Below the pieces are notes generated by a model. It had not been told where the DNA came from. It saw only the letters and a program-made list of their open reading frames with translations, and did not search any database. 64,000 bases of DNA from Pseudomonadota bacterium (GTDB taxonomy: Bacteria > UBA10199 > 2-02-FULL-44-16 > DYJF01): NCBI GenBank assembly GCA_043823065.1, contig JBDRBB010000010.1, forward strand, positions 128,001-192,000, read 5' to 3'. The translations under genes and the position numbers were made by a program. Positions 1 through 9,129 of this stretch are shown in pieces (the first letter of the stretch is position 1; every line of letters starts with the position of its first letter).

Positions 1-1223
1 AGTATGTAAAAATTGATACTCAGGCAGATAGCGAATCAGTAACCCATCCTAGCACCAAAGGTCAGTTGGAATTGGCCAGAATTGTACAGCAAGATTTCAA
101 AAACGCCGGAGTTCAGGACATAGTCTTAACTGATGATGGCTTCTTGTTTGGCACTATTTCAGCCAACCTTCCCCAAGATCATCCCAACTTGAACAAGGTG
201 CCAATCCTTGGTTTTCTCGCCCACTTTGATACAGCTTTAGAGACTTCAGGAAAAAACGTAAATCCTCAGGTTGTTAAAAATTATAATGGTGAAAAAATAG
301 TTCTGCCAAATAATCAAGAAGAGATATTAGATCCCGCAGAAATTCCAGCGCTAAAAGCCTGTCAAGGCCACACCCTTATCACCACAGATGGCACAACTCT
401 TTTGGGGGCAGACAATAAAGCCGGAATTGCTGAAATTGTGGAGCTGGTCTATTATCTTCAAGAAAATCCAGATAAATTGCACGGCGATCTTCGCTTAGCA
501 ATTATTCCAGATGAAGAAATAGGAGTAGGTGCTCATCGCTTGAATCTTAAAAAGTTTGGTGCGGATTTTGCCTATACAATAGATGGGGGAAGTTTGGGTG
601 AAGTTGATTTTGAGAGCTTTAATGGTTTTCAGGGTAAGATTAAAGTAAAGGGAAATGCGGTTTTTCCAGGCTATGGCAAGGGCGCGTATTTAAATGCCAT
701 TCAAGTTTTAGCAGAATTTATTTCTGATATGAGCCCTAAGCTTTGGCCACAACACTGTGAAGGCCGGCAAGGAATTTGGTGGGTAGATAAATTTAAGGGA
801 GATACATCAGGAGCTGAAGTAAAAATTTTCTTACGCGATTTTGAAATTTCTGGCATTGAAAGCATGAAGAGAATGTTGAATGATTTAAAAGACATCATTT
901 CAAAAAAATATCCTAAAGCAAAAATTAAAGTTGAAATTCAAGAAACCTATCGCAATTACAAAGATCATTTAAATAAAGATCCCAGAGTAGTGGAATATGC
1001 TAAAAAAGCCATGCAGCAAATAGGCATTGTACCCAAGCCAAATTCAGTGCGCGGCGGAAATGATGCCTGTGGTTTGTGTGCAAATGGACTTCTTTCTACC
1101 AATTTATTTGCCGGAGCTCATCAGATGCATTCTTATTTGGAATGGACCAGTTTAGAAGTGATGCAAAAAACAGTGGAAACCATAGCCAGTCTAGCTGAAG
1201 TGTGGGTTAGGGAGGCTAAATGA
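1..1223 (+). CDS. pepT: Peptidase T (tripeptide aminopeptidase, M20B), 5' end outside window
   Basis: Frame open from base 3 (YVKIDTQAD..PST.GQ); motifs AHFDT, TDGTTLLGADNKAG, PDEEIG, RGGND. Confidence 0.93.
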   Translation, partial: YVKIDTQADSESVTHPSTKGQLELARIVQQDFKNAGVQDIVLTDDGFLFGTISANLPQDHPNLNKVPILGFLAHFDTALETSGKNVNPQVVKNYNGEKIVLPNNQEEILDPAEIPALKACQGHTLITTDGTTLLGADNKAGIAEIVELVYYLQENPDKLHGDLRLAIIPDEEIGVGAHRLNLKKFGADFAYTIDGGSLGEVDFESFNGFQGKIKVKGNAVFPGYGKGAYLNAIQVLAEFISDMSPKLWPQHCEGRQGIWWVDKFKGDTSGAEVKIFLRDFEISGIESMKRMLNDLKDIISKKYPKAKIKVEIQETYRNYKDHLNKDPRVVEYAKKAMQQIGIVPKPNSVRGGNDACGLCANGLLSTNLFAGAHQMHSYLEWTSLEVMQKTVETIASLAEVWVREAK

Positions 1224-2770
1224 AAAAACTAATCTGCAGTATATTTATTTTAGCGCTCTGGATTTTTCCCAGCCTGGTTTTTGCCCAAGCTAAGCATTTA
1301 ACTATTCTTCATTTTAATGATATTCACGGACATCTAGATGATGGTATAAAAATAGCCACCCTAATTGAACAAATTAAAAAAGAGAATAAAACTAAAGGCT
1401 GGCAAACCCTGGTTTTATTTGGTGGAGATGCCTTTACAGGCACAATAATTTCGCGCGAGTTTCAGGGAAAGGCAGAATTTGATTTTTTTAATGCTTTGGA
1501 TCTGGATGCTATGGTTATTGGTAATCATGAGTTTGATTATGGTCAACAAGTGCTGCAAGAAAGAATCAAGCAAGCTAACTTTCCCCTGTTGTCTGCAAAT
1601 ATATATTTGCAAGACTCTCAAAAATTATTATTTGATCCAGTAGTCATTATTGAATTAGGGGGTGTCATCGCGAGCGACCAAAGGGAGCGTGGCGATCCAG
1701 TGAAGATAGCACCGGGATTGCTTCGTCGTTCCACTCCTCGCAATGACACCAATGACACCATTGACAACAGGGCTTTAACAGTTGGACTGGTTGGCCTAAC
1801 CTATGAGCAAACTCCTGGTATATCTATGCCAGAGTTGGTGGCTAATCTGGAGTTTAAAAACACACTTAAAGCTTTTCAGAAAAATCGCCAGCAAATATCT
1901 AAAGCAGATCTTAAAATAGCACTTACTCATCAAGGGATTGATGAAGATATAAAACTAGCCCAAAAAAATTCAGAATTAACCGCGGTGATTGGTGGGCATG
2001 ATCATGTGGAGCCAGAACAGTATTGTCGTTTGGTGAAAAAGATTCCGGTTTGTCAAACCCCGGCCAATGGAAAGTTTTTGGGAAGAATTGATTTTGAGAT
2101 TAATGAAGGAAGATCGCGTTATCTTGATTCACAATTGATTCCAGTTTCACAAAATACCAAAAATCATCCCAAGCTTGCGGCTTTATTAAGACCATATCAA
2201 CAACAAGCAAGTAAAAAATATAATCAAGTGATTGGTTATACCAAACAAGATTTAAACACAGGTCGGGGCAAAGAAACAGAGCTGGGTAATCTTTTTGCCG
2301 ACGCCCTTCGGGAAAATACTAGGGCAGATATCGCACTCATAAATAGCGGTGGAATTCGCAATTCAATTTACCAGGGCAAGATTAGGTTAAAAGACCTTAC
2401 AGAATTATATCCATTTGACAATAAAGCAGTGGTTATGAATTTAAAAGGAGAAATTATACAAGAAATGCTGGCTCATTCTGTAAAGCAGGGAGGATCTACT
2501 TTTTTGCAAGTATCTGGAGTCGAATTTACCATTAAAGACAATAAACCAACTGCTATAAAAATTAATAATCAACCCTTGGAGCCAAAGAAGATATATAAGG
2601 TTGCAGTAGATGGCTATATGGCTGTTGGCGGAAATGGTTATAAAATGCTCACCAAAATTCCTGATCAAAAAGAAGGTGATTTGATTCGAGATATTTTTAT
2701 TGAATATGTTAGACAAAATTATGCTGTTTCAGCTCCGCGCCCGGATAGAATTCATTATTTTTTGCCGTGA
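1220..2770 (+). CDS. Secreted 5'-nucleotidase / UDP-sugar hydrolase family metallophosphoesterase
   Basis: Signal peptide; DIHG, GGDAFTG, GNHEFD, GGHDH motifs; C-terminal INSGGIR domain; carries in-frame palindromic insert. Confidence 0.9.
   Translation: MKKLICSIFILALWIFPSLVFAQAKHLTILHFNDIHGHLDDGIKIATLIEQIKKENKTKGWQTLVLFGGDAFTGTIISREFQGKAEFDFFNALDLDAMVIGNHEFDYGQQVLQERIKQANFPLLSANIYLQDSQKLLFDPVVIIELGGVIASDQRERGDPVKIAPGLLRRSTPRNDTNDTIDNRALTVGLVGLTYEQTPGISMPELVANLEFKNTLKAFQKNRQQISKADLKIALTHQGIDEDIKLAQKNSELTAVIGGHDHVEPEQYCRLVKKIPVCQTPANGKFLGRIDFEINEGRSRYLDSQLIPVSQNTKNHPKLAALLRPYQQQASKKYNQVIGYTKQDLNTGRGKETELGNLFADALRENTRADIALINSGGIRNSIYQGKIRLKDLTELYPFDNKAVVMNLKGEIIQEMLAHSVKQGGSTFLQVSGVEFTIKDNKPTAIKINNQPLEPKKIYKVAVDGYMAVGGNGYKMLTKIPDQKEGDLIRDIFIEYVRQNYAVSAPRPDRIHYFLP
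1663..1767. repeat. REP/RPE-like palindromic element inserted in frame, followed by three near-identical 9-bp tandem units
   Basis: TGTCATCGCGAG...CTCGCAATGACA terminal inverted repeat (1663-1748); CAATGACAC CAATGACAC CATTGACAA at 1741-1767. Confidence 0.8.
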
Positions 2771-3111
2771 GTGACAATAACCGTGGTGCTAATTCCGCCG
2801 CGCACATTAAACACTCCTTTAATTTCCATCCAGTGTGGCTTGCAGGCTGAAACTAAATCAGAAAGGATTTTGTTGGTAACTGCTTCATGAAATGCGCCTT
2901 CATTGCGATAACTCCAAAGATATAATTTTAGGGACTTTAATTCTAAACAGAGCTGGTTGGGAATATATTCAATAGTAAACTGCGCAAAATCTGGTTGGCC
3001 GGTCATAGGACACAAACAAGTAAATTCTGGACAATCCATGATTATACTATATTTACGTTTGGGTTGTGGATTGGCAAAGATTTTAATGTTTTTGGAAGGT
3101 TTAGTGCTCAT
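2755..3111 (-). CDS. queF: NADPH-dependent 7-cyano-7-deazaguanine reductase (preQ0 reductase)
   Basis: PEFTCLCPMTGQPDFA, ELKSLKLY, FHE, RGGI motifs; start at MSTKPSK (3111). Confidence 0.95.
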   Translation of the reverse strand: MSTKPSKNIKIFANPQPKRKYSIIMDCPEFTCLCPMTGQPDFAQFTIEYIPNQLCLELKSLKLYLWSYRNEGAFHEAVTNKILSDLVSACKPHWMEIKGVFNVRGGISTTVIVTHGKK

Positions 3112-3115
3112 AATT

Positions 3116-4051
3116 TTAAGAAACAATAACTTTAAGCCTTTGGCCAACTTCAATATTAATTTTACTGGATTCTTCTGGCGTGTCGCCATCTACTGTATAT
3201 CGATGCGGTATATCCAGTTCAATGGTTGCTTTTTTGCCGATAATATCAAAACTATTTTCTGGTCTTAATTCACGTGCTAAAAAAGCAGGCGGTAAAGTAT
3301 ATAAAAGCTGAAGAGGCGTAGCAGAAAGAGCTACTAAATGAAATTGGCCAGGATTTTTGCGAGCATGACATATTGGCCGAAATTTAAAACCCAATTCTTC
3401 AATAGTGCCAGCCATGATCATATTATAGTTCTTAAAAGGTCCAGTTTTGCCATCAACTGTAATTTGGGCATCAAATCGTTCACAAAGTTTAATAGAAAAC
3501 CCAGTGTTTAACAAACAAGAGCCAACAGCTTGACCTAAAAGCCTGATTGCGCGCCAAGGAGTTGGATCACCATTTTTATGTTGATCATAAACATCAATAA
3601 AGCGGCTAACCACACCCATACCAAATATAAAACCATAGGAATCATTAATTTTAAGCAAATCAATCTCGGTTTCTTCAAAAGGAATTTCCTCGTGATATTT
3701 AAGAATTAAATTAGAAAGAATTTTTTCTGAAGTACCTTTAATATTTAAACAATTTGCTAGATTATTCATGGTGCCGCCGCGTAGAAAAGCAATTTTAGGC
3801 AGTTTTTGATCGCCATAAACATTTAAAAAAGTGGTCAAGGTTTTATGATTTGTTCCATCTCCACCTGAAATTCCTAATATCTCAATTTTATGCTGTTTGA
3901 ACTGGCGCGCGAGTTGTTCTACCTGGTTTAAGTCTTTAGTGGTATGACAAGACCCTTTTTCGCCAACAATAAAACCCAAACGCTCAGCTTTAGTAGGATC
4001 TTTGCGGTGTCCCCGAGAATGTGGATTTACAATGATTCCGATGCCTGGCAT
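3116..4051 (-). CDS. Diacylglycerol/lipid kinase family protein
   Basis: IVNPHS, GGDGT, GGTMNNLA, VDGD motifs. Confidence 0.85.
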   Translation of the reverse strand: MPGIGIIVNPHSRGHRKDPTKAERLGFIVGEKGSCHTTKDLNQVEQLARQFKQHKIEILGISGGDGTNHKTLTTFLNVYGDQKLPKIAFLRGGTMNNLANCLNIKGTSEKILSNLILKYHEEIPFEETEIDLLKINDSYGFIFGMGVVSRFIDVYDQHKNGDPTPWRAIRLLGQAVGSCLLNTGFSIKLCERFDAQITVDGKTGPFKNYNMIMAGTIEELGFKFRPICHARKNPGQFHLVALSATPLQLLYTLPPAFLARELRPENSFDIIGKKATIELDIPHRYTVDGDTPEESSKINIEVGQRLKVIVS

Positions 4052-5475
4052 TTTTTCTTCCTTTTAAATCGTTTCTTTTTATAAATAGCTTGTTTTCTTG
4101 TTTTTTGCTTATCCTTGTCTATCATAGGTTTGCTAGGGGCAGTCAAGCCTTTAAATATATCCCAAATCGGATTAAAATAATGTCGATCTTTTTGGAAAAT
4201 ACCATCTAAGCCCGTACCCTGATTTTCGCTGAGATTTAGGCCCAAAAACAAACCTTGCCCCAAAGATTGATAAAAACCAGCATGTTCAATTTTACGCAAA
4301 GCCTTGATCGTGTTTTCTAATATTATGTGGGCGCGCCTGGAAATTTTGGCATGTTGATCAAACTGAATTTCTTCTCCCAGAGTTTGGGTGTTTTTAATAA
4401 AGTGGCGACTGAATTCCAAAAGTTCGAAGGAATTTTTTAATTCAGGTAACATGAAAGCAGATTGTTCACTAATCAGGCCGGAAAATAAAAAAGCAGAAAA
4501 TTCTTTAATCTCACTTTTTGGTTTAGCCAGGTAGACTGTCAAATTTCTGGGAAAAATTTCGCGGATCAAACAGGCCCTGGCCAATTCTAAAAGAAAACCA
4601 TTTTCAAGATCCAAGGGCAGATCAAAACCATGGCCGATGCTGAATTGCTCCGGAACAATGCCAGCGATTTTTGCCAGCTCTTCAACCAGAAAATGATTAA
4701 CTAAAACTTGATGAGCTTCGCGATACGTATCCAGATTGCGTACCGAAGACCCTTCATTATAAAGAACACTTTTAGTACAAGTACAGAATTGATATAACCA
4801 AAAGCTATCAATAAGTGATCTTTTGACATTTAAGTTATGACTAAAAATCTCTTCAAAAAAATCATGAGCAACGATATGTACTCCTGCGTCTAAGGTTTGT
4901 AGGGCTTTTTGCGGCACTCCCAATCCCGATATTTTATGGAGAAATCTTTTGGAGTTTTCAGGAGTTTTATTTATTTTAGCGATAGATTGTTTTAAATGTT
5001 TAGTGCTTTTTACTTGAATAAGATCAGCCAAGGCATTGCTCTTATCATCTTGATCGCTTGGTATCATCAACAAAGCATCAGATCTTTTAAAATTTTCAGT
5101 GGCGATAGTTGGCAACGTAATTTTTGAGGCCAAATTCATTACTGCGTTTTTGGCCTGCTCAATTGGTAAATCAGGAATATCTTTGGCCGAGATTTGGCCA
5201 TGGGCCAATTTAAGCCCAAGTTCTTTAGGGGTTAGGTTGGTATGCACCAAGGCTTTGCCGATCCAAGTGCAAACACCTTGGCGTAAAAGGTCTTTGCCGA
5301 GCCTAGTTATGATTAAATCAGCTGATGGAAAACCCAGAATAGAAAGAGTGGCACTTTCAATAGAAAGCGTCGAATGTCTTTCTATATATTTATGTATAGG
5401 CTTAATGATTCTGGAAGCCAGTGCACGGCATTGATTTATTTTATCGTAATCTATGTTTGTTTTGCGATAACTCAT
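4027..5475 (-). CDS. Divergent lysine 5,6-aminomutase alpha-subunit (KamD)-like protein
   Basis: N-terminus (RALASRI..YIERHSTLSIE..LG), GHGFD..LENGFLLELARA.LIREIFP and C-terminal G.GLDGIF.K...YFNP resemble KamD; central motifs degenerate. Confidence 0.65.
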   Translation of the reverse strand: MSYRKTNIDYDKINQCRALASRIIKPIHKYIERHSTLSIESATLSILGFPSADLIITRLGKDLLRQGVCTWIGKALVHTNLTPKELGLKLAHGQISAKDIPDLPIEQAKNAVMNLASKITLPTIATENFKRSDALLMIPSDQDDKSNALADLIQVKSTKHLKQSIAKINKTPENSKRFLHKISGLGVPQKALQTLDAGVHIVAHDFFEEIFSHNLNVKRSLIDSFWLYQFCTCTKSVLYNEGSSVRNLDTYREAHQVLVNHFLVEELAKIAGIVPEQFSIGHGFDLPLDLENGFLLELARACLIREIFPRNLTVYLAKPKSEIKEFSAFLFSGLISEQSAFMLPELKNSFELLEFSRHFIKNTQTLGEEIQFDQHAKISRRAHIILENTIKALRKIEHAGFYQSLGQGLFLGLNLSENQGTGLDGIFQKDRHYFNPIWDIFKGLTAPSKPMIDKDKQKTRKQAIYKKKRFKRKKKCQASESL

Positions 5476-5484
5476 AATAACAGT

Positions 5485-5510
5485 TGTCATTCCCGCGAAA
5501 GCGGGAATCT
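5485..5510. repeat. Short REP-like palindrome GTCATTCCCGCGAAAGCGGGAATC
   Basis: Perfect hairpin; relative at 40169-40195. Confidence 0.7.
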
Positions 5511-5516
5511 AATTGA

Positions 5517-6962
5517 CTAATAAAACTTAATTCCTTGAGCTAATGGAAGTTCATTTCCCCAATTTATGGTAACAGTTTGCCGGCGCATATAACCCTTCCA
5601 GGCATCAGAACCAGCTTCGCGGCCGCCACCAGTTGCTTTTTCACCGCCAAAGGCTCCGCCAATTTCTGCGCCACTGGTGCCAATATTTACATTAGCAATA
5701 CCACAATCACTACCAACTGCACTTAAAAAAGTTTCCTGATGAAGAATGCTGTTGGTAAAAATTGCTGAAGAAAGACCTTGTGGCACTTCATTATGAAGAG
5801 CTATTGCTTCTTCAAGATTTTTGACAGAAAAGCAATATAAAATTGGGGCAAAGGTTTCTTGCCTAACAATTTTCATTTTAGGATGCGCAGCAACTAAGGT
5901 TGGTTCAACATATCCGCCACCAGGATATTTAGGCCCTTTAAGTAATTTGCCGCCAAAAATAATTGTTCCTTCTTGCTCTTTGATTATTTTAATGGCTTGT
6001 TCCATGGCCAAAGCAGCATTAGCGTCAATTAGCGGACCCATCAAAATACCGGGTTTTAAAGGATTGCCGATTTTTATTTGAGCATAAGCTTTAATCAATT
6101 TCTTAATCAGTTGTTCATAAACGCCGCTTTGAATGATTAGCCTTCTGGTGGTGGTACAACGTTGGCCAGCAGTGCCAACCGCGCCAAACAAAATAGCGCG
6201 CACTGCTAAATCTTGATTAGCATCATCCATGACAATAATAGCATTGTTTCCGCCCAGTTCTAAAATGCTTTTACCCAGGCGCTTAGCCACAGCTTCACCA
6301 ACATGATAACCCATACGGCAAGAACCAGTGGCTGAAATTAAAGGAATTCTTGGATCATTAATGAATTTTTCGCCAATTGTTTTTGAAGAACCAATAAGTA
6401 AATTAAAAACACCTTCTAACTTGTGTGCTTTCATGATCTTGTTAACAATATTTTGAACTGCGTTTGCACAAAGAGGTGCTTTTGATGAAGGTTTCCAAAT
6501 TACAGTGTTGCCACAAACAGCAGCAAGAAAAGCATTCCAAGACCAGACAGCTACGGGAAAATTAAAAGCAGAAATTATACCCACCACTCCTAAAGGATGC
6601 CATTGCTCCAACATGCGATGATTTGGCCTTTCAGAGGCGATAATTTTTCCATAAAGTTGACGGGAGAGGCCAACGGCGAAATCAGCCATATCAATCATTT
6701 CCTGAACTTCACCGTCGCCTTCTGCTAAAATTTTACCAGTTTCTAAAGTAACCAGCCGTCCTAAAGATTTTTTTTGCTGGCGCAACTCATTGCCAATTTC
6801 GCGAATAATCTCTCCACGTTTAGGGGCAGGAACTAATCGCCAAGCCGCAAAAGCTTTTTGGGCCTTCTTAAGAATATTTTCATAATCTTTTTCCGAGGCA
6901 GTTTGGACAGAACCAATTTTTTTGCCATCAATTGGTGAATAAGAAGCAAACTTACCTGACAT
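5517..6962 (-). CDS. Aldehyde dehydrogenase family 7 (piperideine-6-carboxylate / aminoadipate-semialdehyde dehydrogenase-like)
   Basis: SAFNFPVAVWSWN, LELGGNNA, GTAGQRCTT, GSDCGIANVNIGTSGAEIGGAFGGEK. Confidence 0.92.
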   Translation of the reverse strand: MSGKFASYSPIDGKKIGSVQTASEKDYENILKKAQKAFAAWRLVPAPKRGEIIREIGNELRQQKKSLGRLVTLETGKILAEGDGEVQEMIDMADFAVGLSRQLYGKIIASERPNHRMLEQWHPLGVVGIISAFNFPVAVWSWNAFLAAVCGNTVIWKPSSKAPLCANAVQNIVNKIMKAHKLEGVFNLLIGSSKTIGEKFINDPRIPLISATGSCRMGYHVGEAVAKRLGKSILELGGNNAIIVMDDANQDLAVRAILFGAVGTAGQRCTTTRRLIIQSGVYEQLIKKLIKAYAQIKIGNPLKPGILMGPLIDANAALAMEQAIKIIKEQEGTIIFGGKLLKGPKYPGGGYVEPTLVAAHPKMKIVRQETFAPILYCFSVKNLEEAIALHNEVPQGLSSAIFTNSILHQETFLSAVGSDCGIANVNIGTSGAEIGGAFGGEKATGGGREAGSDAWKGYMRRQTVTINWGNELPLAQGIKFY

Positions 6963-7092
6963 AAAAGCCCCCTAATTTTTAGTAGGCGAATTTTAAGCTA
7001 AAACAAACTTAAGATAAAGAAAGAATTTAATTGTTTGCTATTTGCTTGATTTCTATTTGAGAAAGATATTAATGAAAAATTAAAATTAAATA

Positions 7093-7181
7093 CTTGCTAG
7101 GGGTGCTTCCGCCTAAGGCGGAGGCTGAGATTATACCCTTGGAACTTGAACCGGATAATGCCGGCGCAGGGAAGCAGCAAT
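7093..7181 (+). ncRNA. TPP riboswitch aptamer
   Basis: GGGGTGC...GCTGAGA..ACCCTT.GAAC.TGA.CCGGATAATGCCGGCG.AGGGAAG core, upstream of thiazole synthase. Confidence 0.92.
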
Positions 7182-7197
7182 AGCTAGTTTGAAGTTT

Positions 7198-7228
7198 AAA
7201 GCCATCCTGCGGGATGGCTTTTTTGTTA
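7198..7228 (+). terminator. Riboswitch expression-platform intrinsic terminator
   Basis: AAAGCCATCC-TGCG-GGATGGCTTT followed by T tract. Confidence 0.8.
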
Positions 7229-7236
7229 ATATGTCA

Positions 7237-7272
7237 CCCTCACCCAGCCTCTCCCATCAAGGGAGAGGTGAG
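7237..7272. repeat. REP-like palindrome CCCTCACCC..CCTCTCCC....GGGAGAGG
   Basis: Hairpin between the terminator and thi4. Confidence 0.55.
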
Positions 7273-7319
7273 CAGGTGGCCGCTAAAAGCGGCATAATTA
7301 ATAAGGAAAGGAGCTTAAT

Positions 7320-8093
7320 ATGTTTCACCCAACCTCGGAAGGGGCAATTAGCAGGGCAATTATCAAAGATTTTAGCAAGTGGTTTGAAGATTACATCTGT
7401 TCAGATGTAATTGTGGTAGGTGGTGGACCAAGTGGTTTAATGGCAGCAGCAGATTTAGCTAAAAATGGTCGTAAGGTTTTAATTGTTGAAGGTAACAACT
7501 ATTTAGGCGGTGGTTTTTGGGTTGGTGGTTATTTTATGAATACTTTAACATTTCGCGCTCCCTCCCAAGAAATTTTAGCTGATCTGAAAATTCCTTATCG
7601 CGAAGCAGAAAAAGGGTTGTTTATTGCTGACGGGCCAAGTGCGGCTTCTAAACTCATTTCCGCAGCCTGTGATGCTGGCGTCAAAATTTTAAATATGACC
7701 AGTTTTGATGATATTGTTTATCGCGATAATAAAGTAGCAGGAGTGGTGATTAACTGGACTGCAGTGCGCAGTTTGCCACGGGCCATCACTTGTGTGGACC
7801 CGATTTCTTTGGAATCTAAAATTGTCATTGATGCTACAGGCCACGACGCCCATGTTTGTCGCAGCCTAGAAAAAAGAAAATTAATTGAAATGGCTGATTG
7901 CGGGCCAATGGATGCCAACACTTCAGAACAACTGGTAGTTGAGAAAACTGGTTTTGTTCATCCAGGCTTAATTATTGCCGGTATGGCCGTATCCACAGTT
8001 TACGGTGTGCCCCGCATGGGTCCAACTTTTGGTGGCATGTTGTTTTCTGGAAAAAGGGCAGCAGACCTTGCGGAAAAGGCACTGCGTACCTAG
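7320..8093 (+). CDS. thi4: Adenosine diphosphate thiazole synthase (THI4 family), Cys-type
   Basis: GGGPSGL, GGGFWVGG, CVDP, DATGHDA, PRMGPTFGGM; TPP riboswitch upstream. Confidence 0.93.
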   Translation: MFHPTSEGAISRAIIKDFSKWFEDYICSDVIVVGGGPSGLMAAADLAKNGRKVLIVEGNNYLGGGFWVGGYFMNTLTFRAPSQEILADLKIPYREAEKGLFIADGPSAASKLISAACDAGVKILNMTSFDDIVYRDNKVAGVVINWTAVRSLPRAITCVDPISLESKIVIDATGHDAHVCRSLEKRKLIEMADCGPMDANTSEQLVVEKTGFVHPGLIIAGMAVSTVYGVPRMGPTFGGMLFSGKRAADLAEKALRT

Positions 8094-8095
8094 GC

Positions 8096-9028
8096 TTATT
8101 CAAAATAGGGAAAAAGTTCAGTGCTTAAATAACGTTCACCAGTGTCGCAGATAATGGTTACAATTAATTTGCCAGCATTTTCTTTCCTTTTGGCAACTTG
8201 GATTGCTGCATAAACATTGGCTCCAGATGAGATGCCAGCCAGAATTCCTTCTTCTTTGGCCAAGCGCCGACCCATATCAAAAGCCTGCTCGTTTTTAACT
8301 TTGATTATTTCATCTATAATATCTGTGTTTAACACGTCTGGCACAAAACCAGCACCAATTCCTTGAATTTTATGCGGGCCAGGATTGCCACCTGAAAGCA
8401 CTGGTGAATCTTCTGGTTCAACTGCAATAGCCTTGAAAGTGGGCTTTTTTTGTTTAATCACTTCACTTACGCCTGTGATAGTGCCGCCAGTACCAACGCC
8501 AGCCACAAAAATATCTATTTTGCCATCTGTGTTGTTCCAAATTTCTTGAGCTGTAGTCTTACGATGAATTTCCGGATTAGCAGGATTTTTAAACTGTTGG
8601 GGCATAAAAGAATTCTTGGTTTGTTTAGCCAGTTCTTCAGCTTTTTCAATTGCACCTTTCATGCCTTTGGCGCCAGGAGTTAAAACTAGCTTTGCTCCAA
8701 AAGCAGCCAGCAATTTGCGCCGCTCTATGCTCATAGTATCTGGCATGGTTAAAATTAAACGATAACCTTTAGCTGCACAGACAAACGCTAGGGCAATACC
8801 AGTATTGCCGCTGGTTGGCTCAATAATCACGCTATCTTTCTTAATTAAAGAGTTTTTCTCTGCAGCATCTATCATGCTAAAACCAATGCGATCTTTGACC
8901 GAGCTTAAAGGATTAAAAGATTCAAGTTTGGCTAAAACAATTGCCTGACAATCTTTGGTTATTTTATTTAATTTTAGTAAAGGAGTGTTGCCAATTAATT
9001 CTGTAATATTGTTAGCTACATTCGACAT
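8096..9028 (-). CDS. cysK: Cysteine synthase A
   Basis: SVKDRIG PLP lysine, [29 protein letters not shown]. Confidence 0.96.
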   Translation of the reverse strand: MSNVANNITELIGNTPLLKLNKITKDCQAIVLAKLESFNPLSSVKDRIGFSMIDAAEKNSLIKKDSVIIEPTSGNTGIALAFVCAAKGYRLILTMPDTMSIERRKLLAAFGAKLVLTPGAKGMKGAIEKAEELAKQTKNSFMPQQFKNPANPEIHRKTTAQEIWNNTDGKIDIFVAGVGTGGTITGVSEVIKQKKPTFKAIAVEPEDSPVLSGGNPGPHKIQGIGAGFVPDVLNTDIIDEIIKVKNEQAFDMGRRLAKEEGILAGISSGANVYAAIQVAKRKENAGKLIVTIICDTGERYLSTELFPYFE

Positions 9029-9129
9029 ATTTCCTCCAAAATAGTAAACTACTATGATTAAATTAACTTCACAAGTATTGAAGCTTGGATTAATGGAGAT
9101 ATTATGACAAAAATCGGTGTAAGGTAATA

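Noticed and set aside
7189..7410. 73-aa ORF
   Set aside because: Runs through the riboswitch terminator and a REP-like hairpin and overlaps thi4.
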